Assembly (NCBI GenBank): GCA_963781885.1
Contig: CAWAHW010000002.1
Location: 352,001-416,000 of the forward strand
From: an uncultured Spirochaetota bacterium
GTDB lineage: Bacteria > Spirochaetota > Spirochaetia > SZUA-6 > Fen-1364
Direction: 5' to 3'
DNA length: 64,000 nt
In this document: positions 31,057 through 40,376 of the stretch, in pieces
How the letters are laid out: the number at the start of each line of letters is the position of its first letter
How positions within the stretch are numbered: the stretch's first letter is position 1
The notes under the pieces: generated by a model
Told to the model about the DNA's origin: nothing
Databases searched by the model: none
What the model saw: the letters and a program-made list of their open reading frames with translations, nothing else
Position numbers and translations under genes: made by a program

Positions 31057-32097
31057 TCAGGGCTCGATCACGACCTTCAGCGCGAGCTGCTTCCGCAACA
31101 GGTCCAGACCCTTGTGGATGTCGGCAAGCGGCATGCGGTGGGTCACGACCACGTCCAGCGGCAGCTTCCCGCTTTCCAGAATCCGCGCCACCCGTGCGAA
31201 GCTGTGTCTCCCGATGAAACCACCGCGGATCGTCAGCTCCTTCTTGATGATGTCCTTCATCGGCACCTTCGGCTCGGCCAGCTCATCGTGGCCGAACTGG
31301 AGCACCGTGCCGGCAAAGCGCGCGAGATGCATCGCGGTGACCAGGAGCTGGCCGACCGCTTCCACGACGACGTCGGCGCCGTCACCCGTCTCTTCGCGCA
31401 CCACCGCGGCCAGGTCCTCCTTCGTGGGATCGACCACGCGCGTGGCCCCGCACAGGGTCGCCTTCTCGCGGCGGAATGCCGAAGGCTCGGAGACGATCAG
31501 GGGAGAGGCTCCGGCCGCCCGCAGGACGGCCGTGAAGAGGCACCCGATCGGCCCTGCGCCCAGCACCACGACGGAGTCACCCGGCTTCACACCGAGCTTG
31601 CCTACAGAGTGAAGCACACAGGCGAGGGGCTCTGCAAGCGCAGCAAGATGCGTCGGCACCCGCTTGCGCAGCTTGTACAGGCCGTAGAAGGGTACCACGA
31701 CGTGCGTGGCGAATCCACCGTCGGAGAAGATGCCGATCGTTCCCGGGTGTCCCGGCTCGCCCGACGCGGCGATCAGCGTCGTGCACTGGTCGGGAAAACC
31801 ATTGCGGCACTGCGCGCACTGGCCGCAGCCAGGGTGCGGGTCGACGATGACCTGGTCGCCGGGAGCGAACTCCTTTGCGGCGGCGCCCACTTCCACCACC
31901 TCGCCGGTGAACTCGTGCCCCTGGATGATGTTCAGGCGCGCGGGGTGGGCGGGGGGCACCTGGAGGATGTGGAGGTCCGTCCCGCAGATGCCGACGCCCT
32001 GCACGCGCAGGAGCACATCCGTCGGCTTCATCACCTTCGGCTGGGGCCGATCCATGAGCACCAGCTTTCCATTTCCTTGAAACACAGCAGCTTGCAT
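31057..32097 (-). CDS. Zn-dependent (MDR) polyol/cyclitol dehydrogenase
   Basis: GICGTDLH, GHEFTG, structural CGQCAQC…C, GAGPIG. Confidence 0.9.
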   Translation of the reverse strand: MQAAVFQGNGKLVLMDRPQPKVMKPTDVLLRVQGVGICGTDLHILQVPPAHPARLNIIQGHEFTGEVVEVGAAAKEFAPGDQVIVDPHPGCGQCAQCRNGFPDQCTTLIAASGEPGHPGTIGIFSDGGFATHVVVPFYGLYKLRKRVPTHLAALAEPLACVLHSVGKLGVKPGDSVVVLGAGPIGCLFTAVLRAAGASPLIVSEPSAFRREKATLCGATRVVDPTKEDLAAVVREETGDGADVVVEAVGQLLVTAMHLARFAGTVLQFGHDELAEPKVPMKDIIKKELTIRGGFIGRHSFARVARILESGKLPLDVVVTHRMPLADIHKGLDLLRKQLALKVVIEP

Positions 32098-32128
32098 CTC
32101 TATTCTTCCTTTCGCGCCGTGAGGCGCT

Positions 32129-33333
32129 TCAGCCGACGATGGGCTTCACCTTCTGCACGAACTCTTCCGCCTTGCGCGCGATCTCCTCATCGGTGGACAG
32201 CACCGTGATGCCGAAGTTCGCTCCGATGCCCGGGTCCACCACCCCCACGCTCAGGTTCATCGCCCGGGCCAGGATGGCATCCGTCTTGGGCAGCATGCCC
32301 TTTTTGTTCGGCCGCCGTCCCTTCTCGTCCTCCCAGGACAGGATCTGCTCCATATGGTTGTATACGTGCCAGCCGCTGTCGGCAACAGTCTTCACGTTCA
32401 GCACCGTGGCCACCTTGCGCGTGGCCGCCTCGTCGGGGAACAGCACCGTGAGCATCGTGGCGATCTCCCCGGCATCGTTGATCTTGCGATAGCCCATGTT
32501 GCGGATGCCCCCCGCCTCGATGGCGTCCTTGAACTTGCGCTTTTCTTGTCGCGCAGCATCCCCACGATCTTGTCCAGCTTGCGCAGCTGCGCCAGCCCCA
32601 CCGCCCCGGTCAGCTCGTTGATGCGCAGGTTGATGCCCACCATGGAGCGCGCCCCGATCTCAAGGCCCATGCGCAGCGGCTTGTGCCCCTGGTCGTGGTA
32701 GCCGAAGGCCCGCTCGTACAGCTCGTCGGAGTCGCTGGTGACCATGCCCGCGTCGCCGGTGGTGATGGTCTTGTTGATGTTCAGCGAGAAGGCGTTGATC
32801 GCACCAAAGGAGCCCGTCATCTTGCCCTTGTAGCTGGCCCCCAGCGACTGGCAGGCGTCCTCCAGCACGGGAATCTTGTGCTTCTTCGCGATGGCCATGA
32901 TGGCGTCGATGTCGCTGGGGTTCCCCAGCATGTGCACCGGCACGATCGCTTTCGTGCGCTTGGTGATGCGCCGCTCGACGTCGGCGGGGTCCAGCGTCAG
33001 CGACTCGTCGACCTCGGCGAGCACCGGCGTGCCGCCCACCGCGATGACCGCCGAGATGGAGGCCACGAAGGTGTAGCCGGGCACGATCACCTCATCGCCG
33101 CGTCCCACCCCCAGGGCGATCAGTGCCGCCATCAAGGAGCTGGTGCCGCCGTTGGTGGCAAGGGCATGCTTGACGCCCATCTTTTTGGCGAACTCCTGCT
33201 CCAGGGTCACGACCTTGTGCTTGAAGCGCGGATCGCTCTCCTGGCCGTAGCGGGAGAGGTAGCCGCTCTCCAGGACGTCCATGACCTCCTTGCGCTCTTC
33301 ATCACCGAACAGATAGGCTCCCGGACCTGGCAT
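32129..33333 (-). CDS. DegT/DnrJ/EryC1/StrS-family PLP aminotransferase; 1-nt frameshift near 32541
   Basis: NGGTS.L, PGYTFVAS, PVHMLG, EDACQS.G, FSLNINKTITTG (PLP Lys); continues …KRKFKDAIEAGGIRNMGYR… into ORF 32129..32497. Confidence 0.9.
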
Positions 33334-33360
33334 GACATGACCTCCTGCAATGCGCGATTG

Positions 33361-33470
33361 TTGACAGTAAAATATCCTAACATGCCATGCAAATTACTGT
33401 CAAGGCTGGCTGCAATTTGATTCGAAAAAAAAAGAAATACTGTTGACAGCGAAATGAATTATGTTGTAGT
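33361..33470. promoter_or_regulatory. Divergent promoter region with a 10-bp inverted repeat
   Basis: TTGACAGTAA(33361)-N23-TTACTGTCAA(33403) and a third TTGACAG at 33443. Confidence 0.55.
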
Positions 33471-33508
33471 AATTTACGTATCCTATCTGCCTAAGGAGGG
33501 CAAGTGTC

Positions 33509-34519
33509 ATGACGAGAAGAGCTTTTCTGATCGGTTTGACAGTCGTCGTTCTCTCCTTCGCGTCAGCTTCATTCATCTTCGCGACGGGACAGGGAGAGAA
33601 AGGCTCTGCACCGACGAAGCCCGAGTATACCTTCTACTTTGTCTCTCACGGTGGGCCAGGCGACTCGTATTGGCAGCCGTTCATCAATGGCGTGAACGAT
33701 GCCGCGAAGGCGCTGAACGTCAAGATCGTGTACGTCTATCCGCAGAAGCAGGGTGACGTGAACGAGCTGATCAAGCAGCTCAATTCCGCCATCGCCGCGA
33801 AGCCGGATGGCATCGGCGTCACCATCGACGACGAGGAGGGATTCTCCGCGCCGCTGCTGGACGCCAAGAAGCTGGGCATCCCCGTGGTCGCCTTCGACAC
33901 GGTCCCCGATCCCGACAATCCCAGCGCGAAGATCCCCTACATCTCCTACGTGGGAGAGGACAGCTTCCAGGCAGGGCAGGAAGTCGGACGGGGGGCAATA
34001 TCGTCATTCAACCTGGCCAGTGGCGACCGCGTCGTCGTCGTCAACCATGAGGCAGGCAACGTCTCCCTGACGCTGCGCTTCAACGGCATCAAGAGCATCC
34101 TCGAGCCGAAGGGCGTCGTCGTGGACGAGCTGGCGACCCCCGGGGACGACCCCGCGCAGTCGCAGGCGGTGATCCAGAACTACATCGCGAAGAACCCGAG
34201 CGTGAAGGCAATCCTCACCATGGGCCCGCTCAGCTACCTGCCCGCATCCAAGGTGCTGGAGGGCGGTGGGTACGTCGGCAAGATCGGGCTGGTTGGATGG
34301 GACATCACGCCCGAAGCCATCACGATGATCAAGAGCGGAGAAATGGCATTCACGGCGAACGAGCAGCCGTACTACATCGCGACGACCGCCGCCTATCTCC
34401 TCTACATGAACGTCAAGTATCATTTCGATCCGCAGGGGGTCTTCAACACCGGCCTCGGCAGGGTCAACAAGTCCAACATCGATAACTGGGCCACCCTCGT
34501 GAAAAACGGCCAGGGCTGA
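33509..34519 (+). CDS. Sugar/cyclitol ABC substrate-binding protein (RbsB-like)
   Basis: Signal …FATGQGE; VSHGGPGDSYW, PDGI, IPVVAFD, YVGED; AGGAGG RBS. Confidence 0.9.
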   Translation: MTRRAFLIGLTVVVLSFASASFIFATGQGEKGSAPTKPEYTFYFVSHGGPGDSYWQPFINGVNDAAKALNVKIVYVYPQKQGDVNELIKQLNSAIAAKPDGIGVTIDDEEGFSAPLLDAKKLGIPVVAFDTVPDPDNPSAKIPYISYVGEDSFQAGQEVGRGAISSFNLASGDRVVVVNHEAGNVSLTLRFNGIKSILEPKGVVVDELATPGDDPAQSQAVIQNYIAKNPSVKAILTMGPLSYLPASKVLEGGGYVGKIGLVGWDITPEAITMIKSGEMAFTANEQPYYIATTAAYLLYMNVKYHFDPQGVFNTGLGRVNKSNIDNWATLVKNGQG

Positions 34520-34617
34520 GCGGTTTTCTCGCGCCTGTTAAAATCTGATCTCCCGGTATGGCTGCCCGCATCGCGGGCAGCCACCGGGCTACAATCACGC
34601 CGAAGTGGAGGTTTCTC

Positions 34618-35634
34618 ATGAGCACCGTTGAAGAGGGTGGCGCACCCGAGGGCCCGCGGCTGATCCGCTCGAGTTTCATGCGCCGTGTCGTCCGGGTGCC
34701 GGAGCTGATGGTCCTGCTTGCGCTCGTGGTCGTCATCATCGGCTTCGTGATCATGGCGCCGAAAACGTTCCTCTCGGCGCGCAACATCGGCGCAATCCTC
34801 ACGGCCTCCGCGCAGCTCGGCATCGCCGCCATCGGCGCGGCCTTCCTCATCATCGCGGGGGAGTTCGACATTTCCGTCGGCTCCAACTACGCCTTCACCG
34901 GCATCGCCATCGGCCTCCTGAGCACGTCGGTGGGCCTGCCCACGTGGCTTGCCGTTCTCTGCGGCCTGGCGATCTCGACGACCATCGGGCTCATCAACGG
35001 GGCAATCACCCTGGGGACGCGGATCCCTTCATTCATCACGACGCTCGGCACATGGCTGGTGTGGTTCGGGCTCACCCTCGCCTTGAGCAAGGGCTACTTC
35101 GTGGCGGTGAGAGCCAACGACCCCCTCATGGCAGTGATCGGCGGCGCAATGGGCTACCAGTTCTACACGTCCGTGCTCTGGTGGGTCGGAATCGGCATTG
35201 TTGCGATCGTGCTGCTCGGCCGCACCCGGCTGGGCAACTGGATATTCGCCGTCGGCGGAAACGCCGACGCGGCGCGCGCCGTCGGTGTCCCGGCGGGCCG
35301 CGTGAAGTTATTTGCCTTCGGGCTGATGGGCTTTTTCGCCGGTGTCTCCGCGCTGTTCACGCTGGGGCAGCAGGGATCGATGGCGCCGCTGTACGGCCAG
35401 AACCTCGCGCTGCAGGCCATCGCCGCGGCGGTCATCGGCGGCACCCTCCTCACGGGAGGAGCGGGGAGCATATTGGGCGCCATGCTCGGCGCCGTGCTCA
35501 TGTCCATGATCAACAGCGGGCTCATCCTCGCCGGTGCGCCCACATTCTGGTACCAGACATTCGTCGGGGCGATCGTCATCGTCGCGGTCATCATCAACAC
35601 CTCCATTTCGCGGCGCGTCGCGCAAATGAAGTAG
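34618..35634 (+). CDS. Sugar ABC permease (RbsC family)
   Basis: GEFDISVG, IPSFITTLG, TRLGNWIFAVGGN, VIGGTLLTGG. Confidence 0.92.
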   Translation: MSTVEEGGAPEGPRLIRSSFMRRVVRVPELMVLLALVVVIIGFVIMAPKTFLSARNIGAILTASAQLGIAAIGAAFLIIAGEFDISVGSNYAFTGIAIGLLSTSVGLPTWLAVLCGLAISTTIGLINGAITLGTRIPSFITTLGTWLVWFGLTLALSKGYFVAVRANDPLMAVIGGAMGYQFYTSVLWWVGIGIVAIVLLGRTRLGNWIFAVGGNADAARAVGVPAGRVKLFAFGLMGFFAGVSALFTLGQQGSMAPLYGQNLALQAIAAAVIGGTLLTGGAGSILGAMLGAVLMSMINSGLILAGAPTFWYQTFVGAIVIVAVIINTSISRRVAQMK

Positions 35635-35647
35635 GGGAGGCACCGGC

Positions 35648-36401
35648 ATGGCACAGGCTACAAATGACATTCGCCTCGAGGTCCGCAACCTCGCCAAACG
35701 CTTCGGCTCGGTCGTCGCCCTGGAGAACGTGAGCTTTTCCGTGCAGGCCCGGAGAGGTCGTCGGTCTTGTCGGCGACAACGGGGCGGGCAAGTCCACGGC
35801 AATCAAGCTCATCTGCGGATTCTACAAGCCCTCGGGCGGCACCATTCTCTGGGAGAACAACACCATCGAGCTGGAATCCCCCGAGCATGCCCGCGCCCTC
35901 GGGATCCAGACCGTCTACCAGGACCTTGCCCTGGTCAACACGCTGAGCATCGCGCGCAACTTCTTCCTCCACGCGGAGCCCGTGCACCGGCTCGGACCTC
36001 TCGCCTTTCTCGACGTGAAAGAGATGAACGAGCGCACGGCCCAGATCCTGCGCGACATCGGCATCAAGGACCTCAATCCCACGACGCCGGTGTCCGCCCT
36101 TTCGGGTGGGGAGCGCCAGGCGGTTGCAATCGGCCGCACGTACTACTTCGGCGGCAAGCTCCTCATCCTCGACGAGCCGACCTCCGCGCTTTCCGTCAAG
36201 CAGACGCAGAAGGTCTTCGCCATCATCGAGGAAGTGAAGGCAAAAGGGGTCTCCGTCATCCTCATCGAGCACAACATGATCCACGTGCATGATATCGCCG
36301 ACAGGCTTGTTGTCGTGCGACACGGCAACGTGTATGGCGACTACGTGAAGAAAGACGTGAGCGTCGTGGACCTGGAGCGCATCCTCGCGGGAGCGCGCTG
36401 A
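35648..36401 (+). CDS. Sugar ABC ATP-binding protein; 1-nt frameshift near 35748
   Basis: N-term LEVRNLAKRFG…SVQA, then in the next frame GEVVGLVGDNGAGKST, LSGGERQ, LDEPTSAL. Confidence 0.9.
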
Positions 36402-36444
36402 CGAATGAAGGGCGGCATGCGGGGCTGTTTTTTCTGGATTTTTC

Positions 36445-36473
36445 TTGACAGCGCATGCCGCCTCTGATAGTGT
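36445..36473 (+). promoter_or_regulatory. Sigma70-type promoter
   Basis: TTGACA-N17-TAGTGT preceded by a T-rich UP-like tract. Confidence 0.65.
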
Positions 36474-36768
36474 GACGCACGATATGCGCTCAGGAAACGT
36501 TGAGCTCAAGGTCAAAATCGAGATGTTGCTCGTCTCCGAGCTGCTGGGATTCTCCTATTTTTCTGAAGCCTTGTTTCTGCCCTCCGACGCGCATCGTTAA
36601 TCCAATCACTCTACGCGCCACGATGCCCTTTCTCTTGTGACCCGCCCGTTCCGACGGTGATCCGCAGGGGGAAGGTGAGCAATCGCACGGGAGCGATCGC
36701 GGCATTGCCGATGATCGTCGCGATCGTTCATGTCCTCTCTATCGCCCATCGGCAGAAAGGGAGTGGAC

Positions 36769-38025
36769 ATGGGTACGAATCGAAAATCGAAAGAGTTGTA
36801 TGAGGAATCTCTGAAGTACGTTCCGGGGGGAGTGCAGAGCTCGCGACGCCCCGATTTGTTCTTCGAGGATTTCCCCATTTTCCTGGATCGCGCCCGGGGC
36901 GCGCACATCTGGGACGTCGACGGCAATGAATACATCGACTGGATGCTCTCCTACGGGCCGATCATACTCGGCCACTGCAATGAGGAAGTGGACCGGGCCG
37001 TCGTCGAAGAATTGAAAAAGGGCTTCCTGTTCAACCTGACGCCGCCCGTCCAGCTCGAGCTGGCGAAAAAAATCACGCACATGATCCCGTGCGCGGAGAT
37101 GGTGCAATTCGTCACCTCCGGATCCGGCGCGACGTCGGCCGCGATAAGGATCGCCCGGGCCTATTCCAAAAAGATCAAGGTGCTGCGGTGGGGATACCAC
37201 GGGTGGCACGATTGGGCCGTGGGCGGGGGTCCGGGAGTGCCCTCGACCACGACCGAAAACACGCTTTCCTTCAATTACAACGACCTGGACTCGCTGGAGA
37301 AGCTCCTGAACGCGCACAAGGGCGAGGTCGCCTGCATCATCATGATGCCGCTCGGCGTCGAGCAGCCCAAGAAAGGCTTCCTCGAGGGCGTGCGGCAGCT
37401 CGCGGATCGCCACGGCGTCATCCTGATTTTCGACGAGATCCGCTCCTGGCCGCGGATGAGCCTGGGGGGCGCGCAGAAATACTACGGCGTCACTCCCGAC
37501 ATCACCACCATTTCGAAGGGAATCGCCAACGGCTATCCCATCAGCGCCGTCGTGGGCAAGCGCGAATACATGCAGCTCGCGGCGAAGACGAACATCTCGG
37601 GCAGCTACTTCATGAACGGTCTGGCGTTTCGCGCCGCCATGGTGACGCTGCATGAACTGGAAACGAAGAACGTGGTGCCGCGTCTCTGGGAAATTGGAAA
37701 GCATCTTCTCGACGGGCTTTCACAGATCATCGAGAGGAAAAAAATCCGGGCGGGCGTCCTGGGCGTCGATCCCATGCCGTTCCTCGTTTTCGGCGACCCC
37801 GCCGATCACATGACGGTGTGGCAGGAATTGATATGGAACAAGGGCGATCCCGGAACCGACAAGGACAAGCGGGCGATGAGGGTCTTCTACAATGAAATGG
37901 CCCGCAGGGGTGTGTTCATGCATCCCCGCCATCATTGGTATTCCTGTTTTGCCCATACCGACGAGGACGTGCAAAAGACGCTCGAGGCGGCGGAGGCGTC
38001 GTTCGAGCTCGCACGGAAGGCATGA
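36769..38025 (+). CDS. Class III PLP aminotransferase (GSA-aminomutase-like)
   Basis: PGGVQS, ARGAHIWDVDGNEYID, GPIILGH, YHGW, LIFDEI, PDITTISKGIANGYP. Confidence 0.88.
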   Translation: MGTNRKSKELYEESLKYVPGGVQSSRRPDLFFEDFPIFLDRARGAHIWDVDGNEYIDWMLSYGPIILGHCNEEVDRAVVEELKKGFLFNLTPPVQLELAKKITHMIPCAEMVQFVTSGSGATSAAIRIARAYSKKIKVLRWGYHGWHDWAVGGGPGVPSTTTENTLSFNYNDLDSLEKLLNAHKGEVACIIMMPLGVEQPKKGFLEGVRQLADRHGVILIFDEIRSWPRMSLGGAQKYYGVTPDITTISKGIANGYPISAVVGKREYMQLAAKTNISGSYFMNGLAFRAAMVTLHELETKNVVPRLWEIGKHLLDGLSQIIERKKIRAGVLGVDPMPFLVFGDPADHMTVWQELIWNKGDPGTDKDKRAMRVFYNEMARRGVFMHPRHHWYSCFAHTDEDVQKTLEAAEASFELARKA

Positions 38026-38064
38026 AATGAAGAGGTGAAATGAGATCGCGGCGGAGCGCGCCGA

Positions 38065-39324
38065 TCATACGGCGGAGCCCTGTCGGGGCGCCGTGCGGGA
38101 AGCCTTTCTGCGCGCCCGCCAGCCGCTGAACCGGAGGAATCCACCGACGGCGAACACCAGGAGCGGCGTCGTAGGGCCTTCGAACTTTTTCGCCACCTCC
38201 TTCAGGTGCGTGGGGATCGCGATGTGCTGCGGGCACTTGCCGAGGCATTTTTTGCATTCGGTGCACTGGGAAGCGAAGCCTTTCGCGGTGCCGGTGAAAA
38301 GCCCTGACGCATCCACGATGTAGCGCAGGCGCGGGGTTTCGATGCCTTTTGGCGCACCCATGAAGGCTTCGTTGTACGCGGCGAAGCAGGATGCGATCTG
38401 GACGCCGGAAGGGCAGGGCATGCAGTAGCGGCAGCCCGTGCATCCCACCTTCAAACCCTGCCGGTAGGTGACGCAGACCCGATCCACGATTTCGATCTCC
38501 CTCCCCGTCAGGGAGCCCGCGGCGGCCTCATCCGCCACCCGGAGATTCTCGTCGATGTGCGACTCTTCGTTCATGCCGGAGAGCGCCAGGGTCACCTCCG
38601 GGAGATTCCAGACCCAGCGCAGCGCCCATTCCGCCGGCGAGCGCCTCACCGGCGCCCCGTCCCAGATGGACTGGAACTGCGGTGCCGAGGTACGGGCAAG
38701 CGCACCGCCCCGCAGAGGCTCCATGGCAATGATGCCCATGCCTTTCGCCGCGGCGTACCGCATGCCTTCCAGCCCCGCCTGGTTGTCCTGATCGAGGTAG
38801 TTGATCTGCAGCTGACAGAACTCCCACGCATAGCTGTCGACGATCTCTTTGAAATCAGCCTTTCCCCCGTGGTACGAGAACCCGATGCTGCCGATTTTTC
38901 CGCCGTCCACCGATCGCCGGATGAAATCCTCCACACCGAGCTCGCGCAGCTTCTTCCACGATGCGCTCTGCAGGTTGTGAATGAGGTAATAGTCGATGCG
39001 GTCGGTCTGCAGGTTGTCCAGCTGCACGGAGAGGAAACGATCCATGTCCTCCCGCGTCTGCACGCTCCAGTGCGGCATTTTCGTGGCGAGCTTTACCTTC
39101 TCACGGTAGCCCTCCCGGAGGGCACGGCCGACGAACGGCTCGCTCGCCCCCATGTGATAGGGCATGGCCGTGTCGACGTAGTTGACGCCCCGGTCGATGG
39201 CGCTCCGCAGCTGTTTCTGCGCCCGCGCTTCGTCGATGCGGCCTCCTTTTTCTGGAAGCCTCATGCACCCGTAGCCCAGGACGGAGAGCCTGTCCCCCGA
39301 GTGCTGCATGATTCGGTATTGCAC
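38065..39324 (-). CDS. Aldo/keto reductase with C-terminal 4Fe-4S dicluster
   Basis: LGYGCMRLP, NYVDTA.PY, LATK, MEPLRGG, CTGCRYCMPCP, CTECKKCLGKCP. Confidence 0.9.
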   Translation of the reverse strand: MQYRIMQHSGDRLSVLGYGCMRLPEKGGRIDEARAQKQLRSAIDRGVNYVDTAMPYHMGASEPFVGRALREGYREKVKLATKMPHWSVQTREDMDRFLSVQLDNLQTDRIDYYLIHNLQSASWKKLRELGVEDFIRRSVDGGKIGSIGFSYHGGKADFKEIVDSYAWEFCQLQINYLDQDNQAGLEGMRYAAAKGMGIIAMEPLRGGALARTSAPQFQSIWDGAPVRRSPAEWALRWVWNLPEVTLALSGMNEESHIDENLRVADEAAAGSLTGREIEIVDRVCVTYRQGLKVGCTGCRYCMPCPSGVQIASCFAAYNEAFMGAPKGIETPRLRYIVDASGLFTGTAKGFASQCTECKKCLGKCPQHIAIPTHLKEVAKKFEGPTTPLLVFAVGGFLRFSGWRARRKASRTAPRQGSAV

Positions 39325-39506
39325 GTGTCCGCCTCGCTGTCAGTGAAGGTGCCCCATCATCCGCGTCCGCGGCAAAAAGAGCAAGGGGCTGATTGACATG
39401 CCCCGGCGAGCGGCAACGCGCGCACGCCCGCTTGCACGGAATGCTTTGCTGGTTCATTGTAAGGCAAGATCGTACGATACACTGCACAACGAGGGGGAAT
39501 CAGCAC

Positions 39507-40346
39507 ATGATCGAAAGAAAACGCTTTGCAGTAAACAGGATCGCCTGCCCGTCTCTGAGCCTGGAGGATTTCTTCGCGCTCACCGTGGATCTGGGCCTTT
39601 CGAAAGTCGAGCTTCGCAACGACCTGCCGGGGGCCGCCGTGATCGACGGAAGACAGCCGGCGGAGGTCCGGGAGCTCGCCGAGCGGCGCGGGGTCAGGAT
39701 CATCAGCATCAACGCCCTGCAGAAGTTCAACCTCAAGGCCGTACAGGAAAGGAACAAGGCGGAGCTGGAAAAGCTGCTCGGGCTTGCCTCCGCGCTCGGC
39801 TGCACCGCGATCGTGATGTGCCCCAACAACGACACGCAGGACAAGCGTGACGTCCCGACGAGGCTTGAAGAGACAGTTTCCGCCCTCACGGCCTTCGGCC
39901 CCTTGTTTACCGCGCGGGGAATACAGGGCTGGGTGGAGCCGCTGGGGTTCACCGAGTCGTCCCTTTCGTCGGTCGTCGTCGCCCGCGAGGCGGTGACGCG
40001 ATCCGGCTTTTCCTGCTTTCGCATCGTCCTTGACACATTCCACCATTACCTCGGTCCCGACACGGAGAAGGACATTGACGCGACTTTCGCTTCCAGCCTC
40101 GCCGGTCTCATCCACGTCTCGGGAGTGGAAGACGCCATCCCCAAGGCGAGCTACCGCGACGCGCACCGCGTGCTTGTCTCCGCGGCGGACCGCATGGCGA
40201 GCCGGCAGACGGTCGCGCGAATGGTATCCCTGGGCTACCGCGGCGACATCGCCTTCGAGCCGTTCTCCTCAGCGGTGCAGTCAATGAGCCGGCAGACACT
40301 GGAAGCTGCGCTGCGAACGAGCATCGAGTTCCTGAGCGGCGAATAG
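39507..40346 (+). CDS. TIM-barrel sugar isomerase/epimerase, inosose isomerase (IolI-like)
   Basis: VELRND, SINAL, VEPLGF, LDTFHH, IHVSG, AFEPF; located in the inositol cluster. Confidence 0.75.
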   Translation: MIERKRFAVNRIACPSLSLEDFFALTVDLGLSKVELRNDLPGAAVIDGRQPAEVRELAERRGVRIISINALQKFNLKAVQERNKAELEKLLGLASALGCTAIVMCPNNDTQDKRDVPTRLEETVSALTAFGPLFTARGIQGWVEPLGFTESSLSSVVVAREAVTRSGFSCFRIVLDTFHHYLGPDTEKDIDATFASSLAGLIHVSGVEDAIPKASYRDAHRVLVSAADRMASRQTVARMVSLGYRGDIAFEPFSSAVQSMSRQTLEAALRTSIEFLSGE

Positions 40347-40376
40347 TCCCGGCCTTTTCACAGGGGCCGCGTGCGC

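Noticed and set aside
32129-33333. DegT gene as part of an O-antigen or antibiotic biosynthesis cluster
   Set aside because: No glycosyltransferase, nucleotidyltransferase, cyclase or exporter nearby; the importer plus LacI context points to catabolism.
36769-38025. Calling the class-III aminotransferase hemL
   Set aside because: No tetrapyrrole genes nearby and motifs diverge (SGSGAT, RWGYHG, DEIRSWPR); the family call is kept without a symbol.
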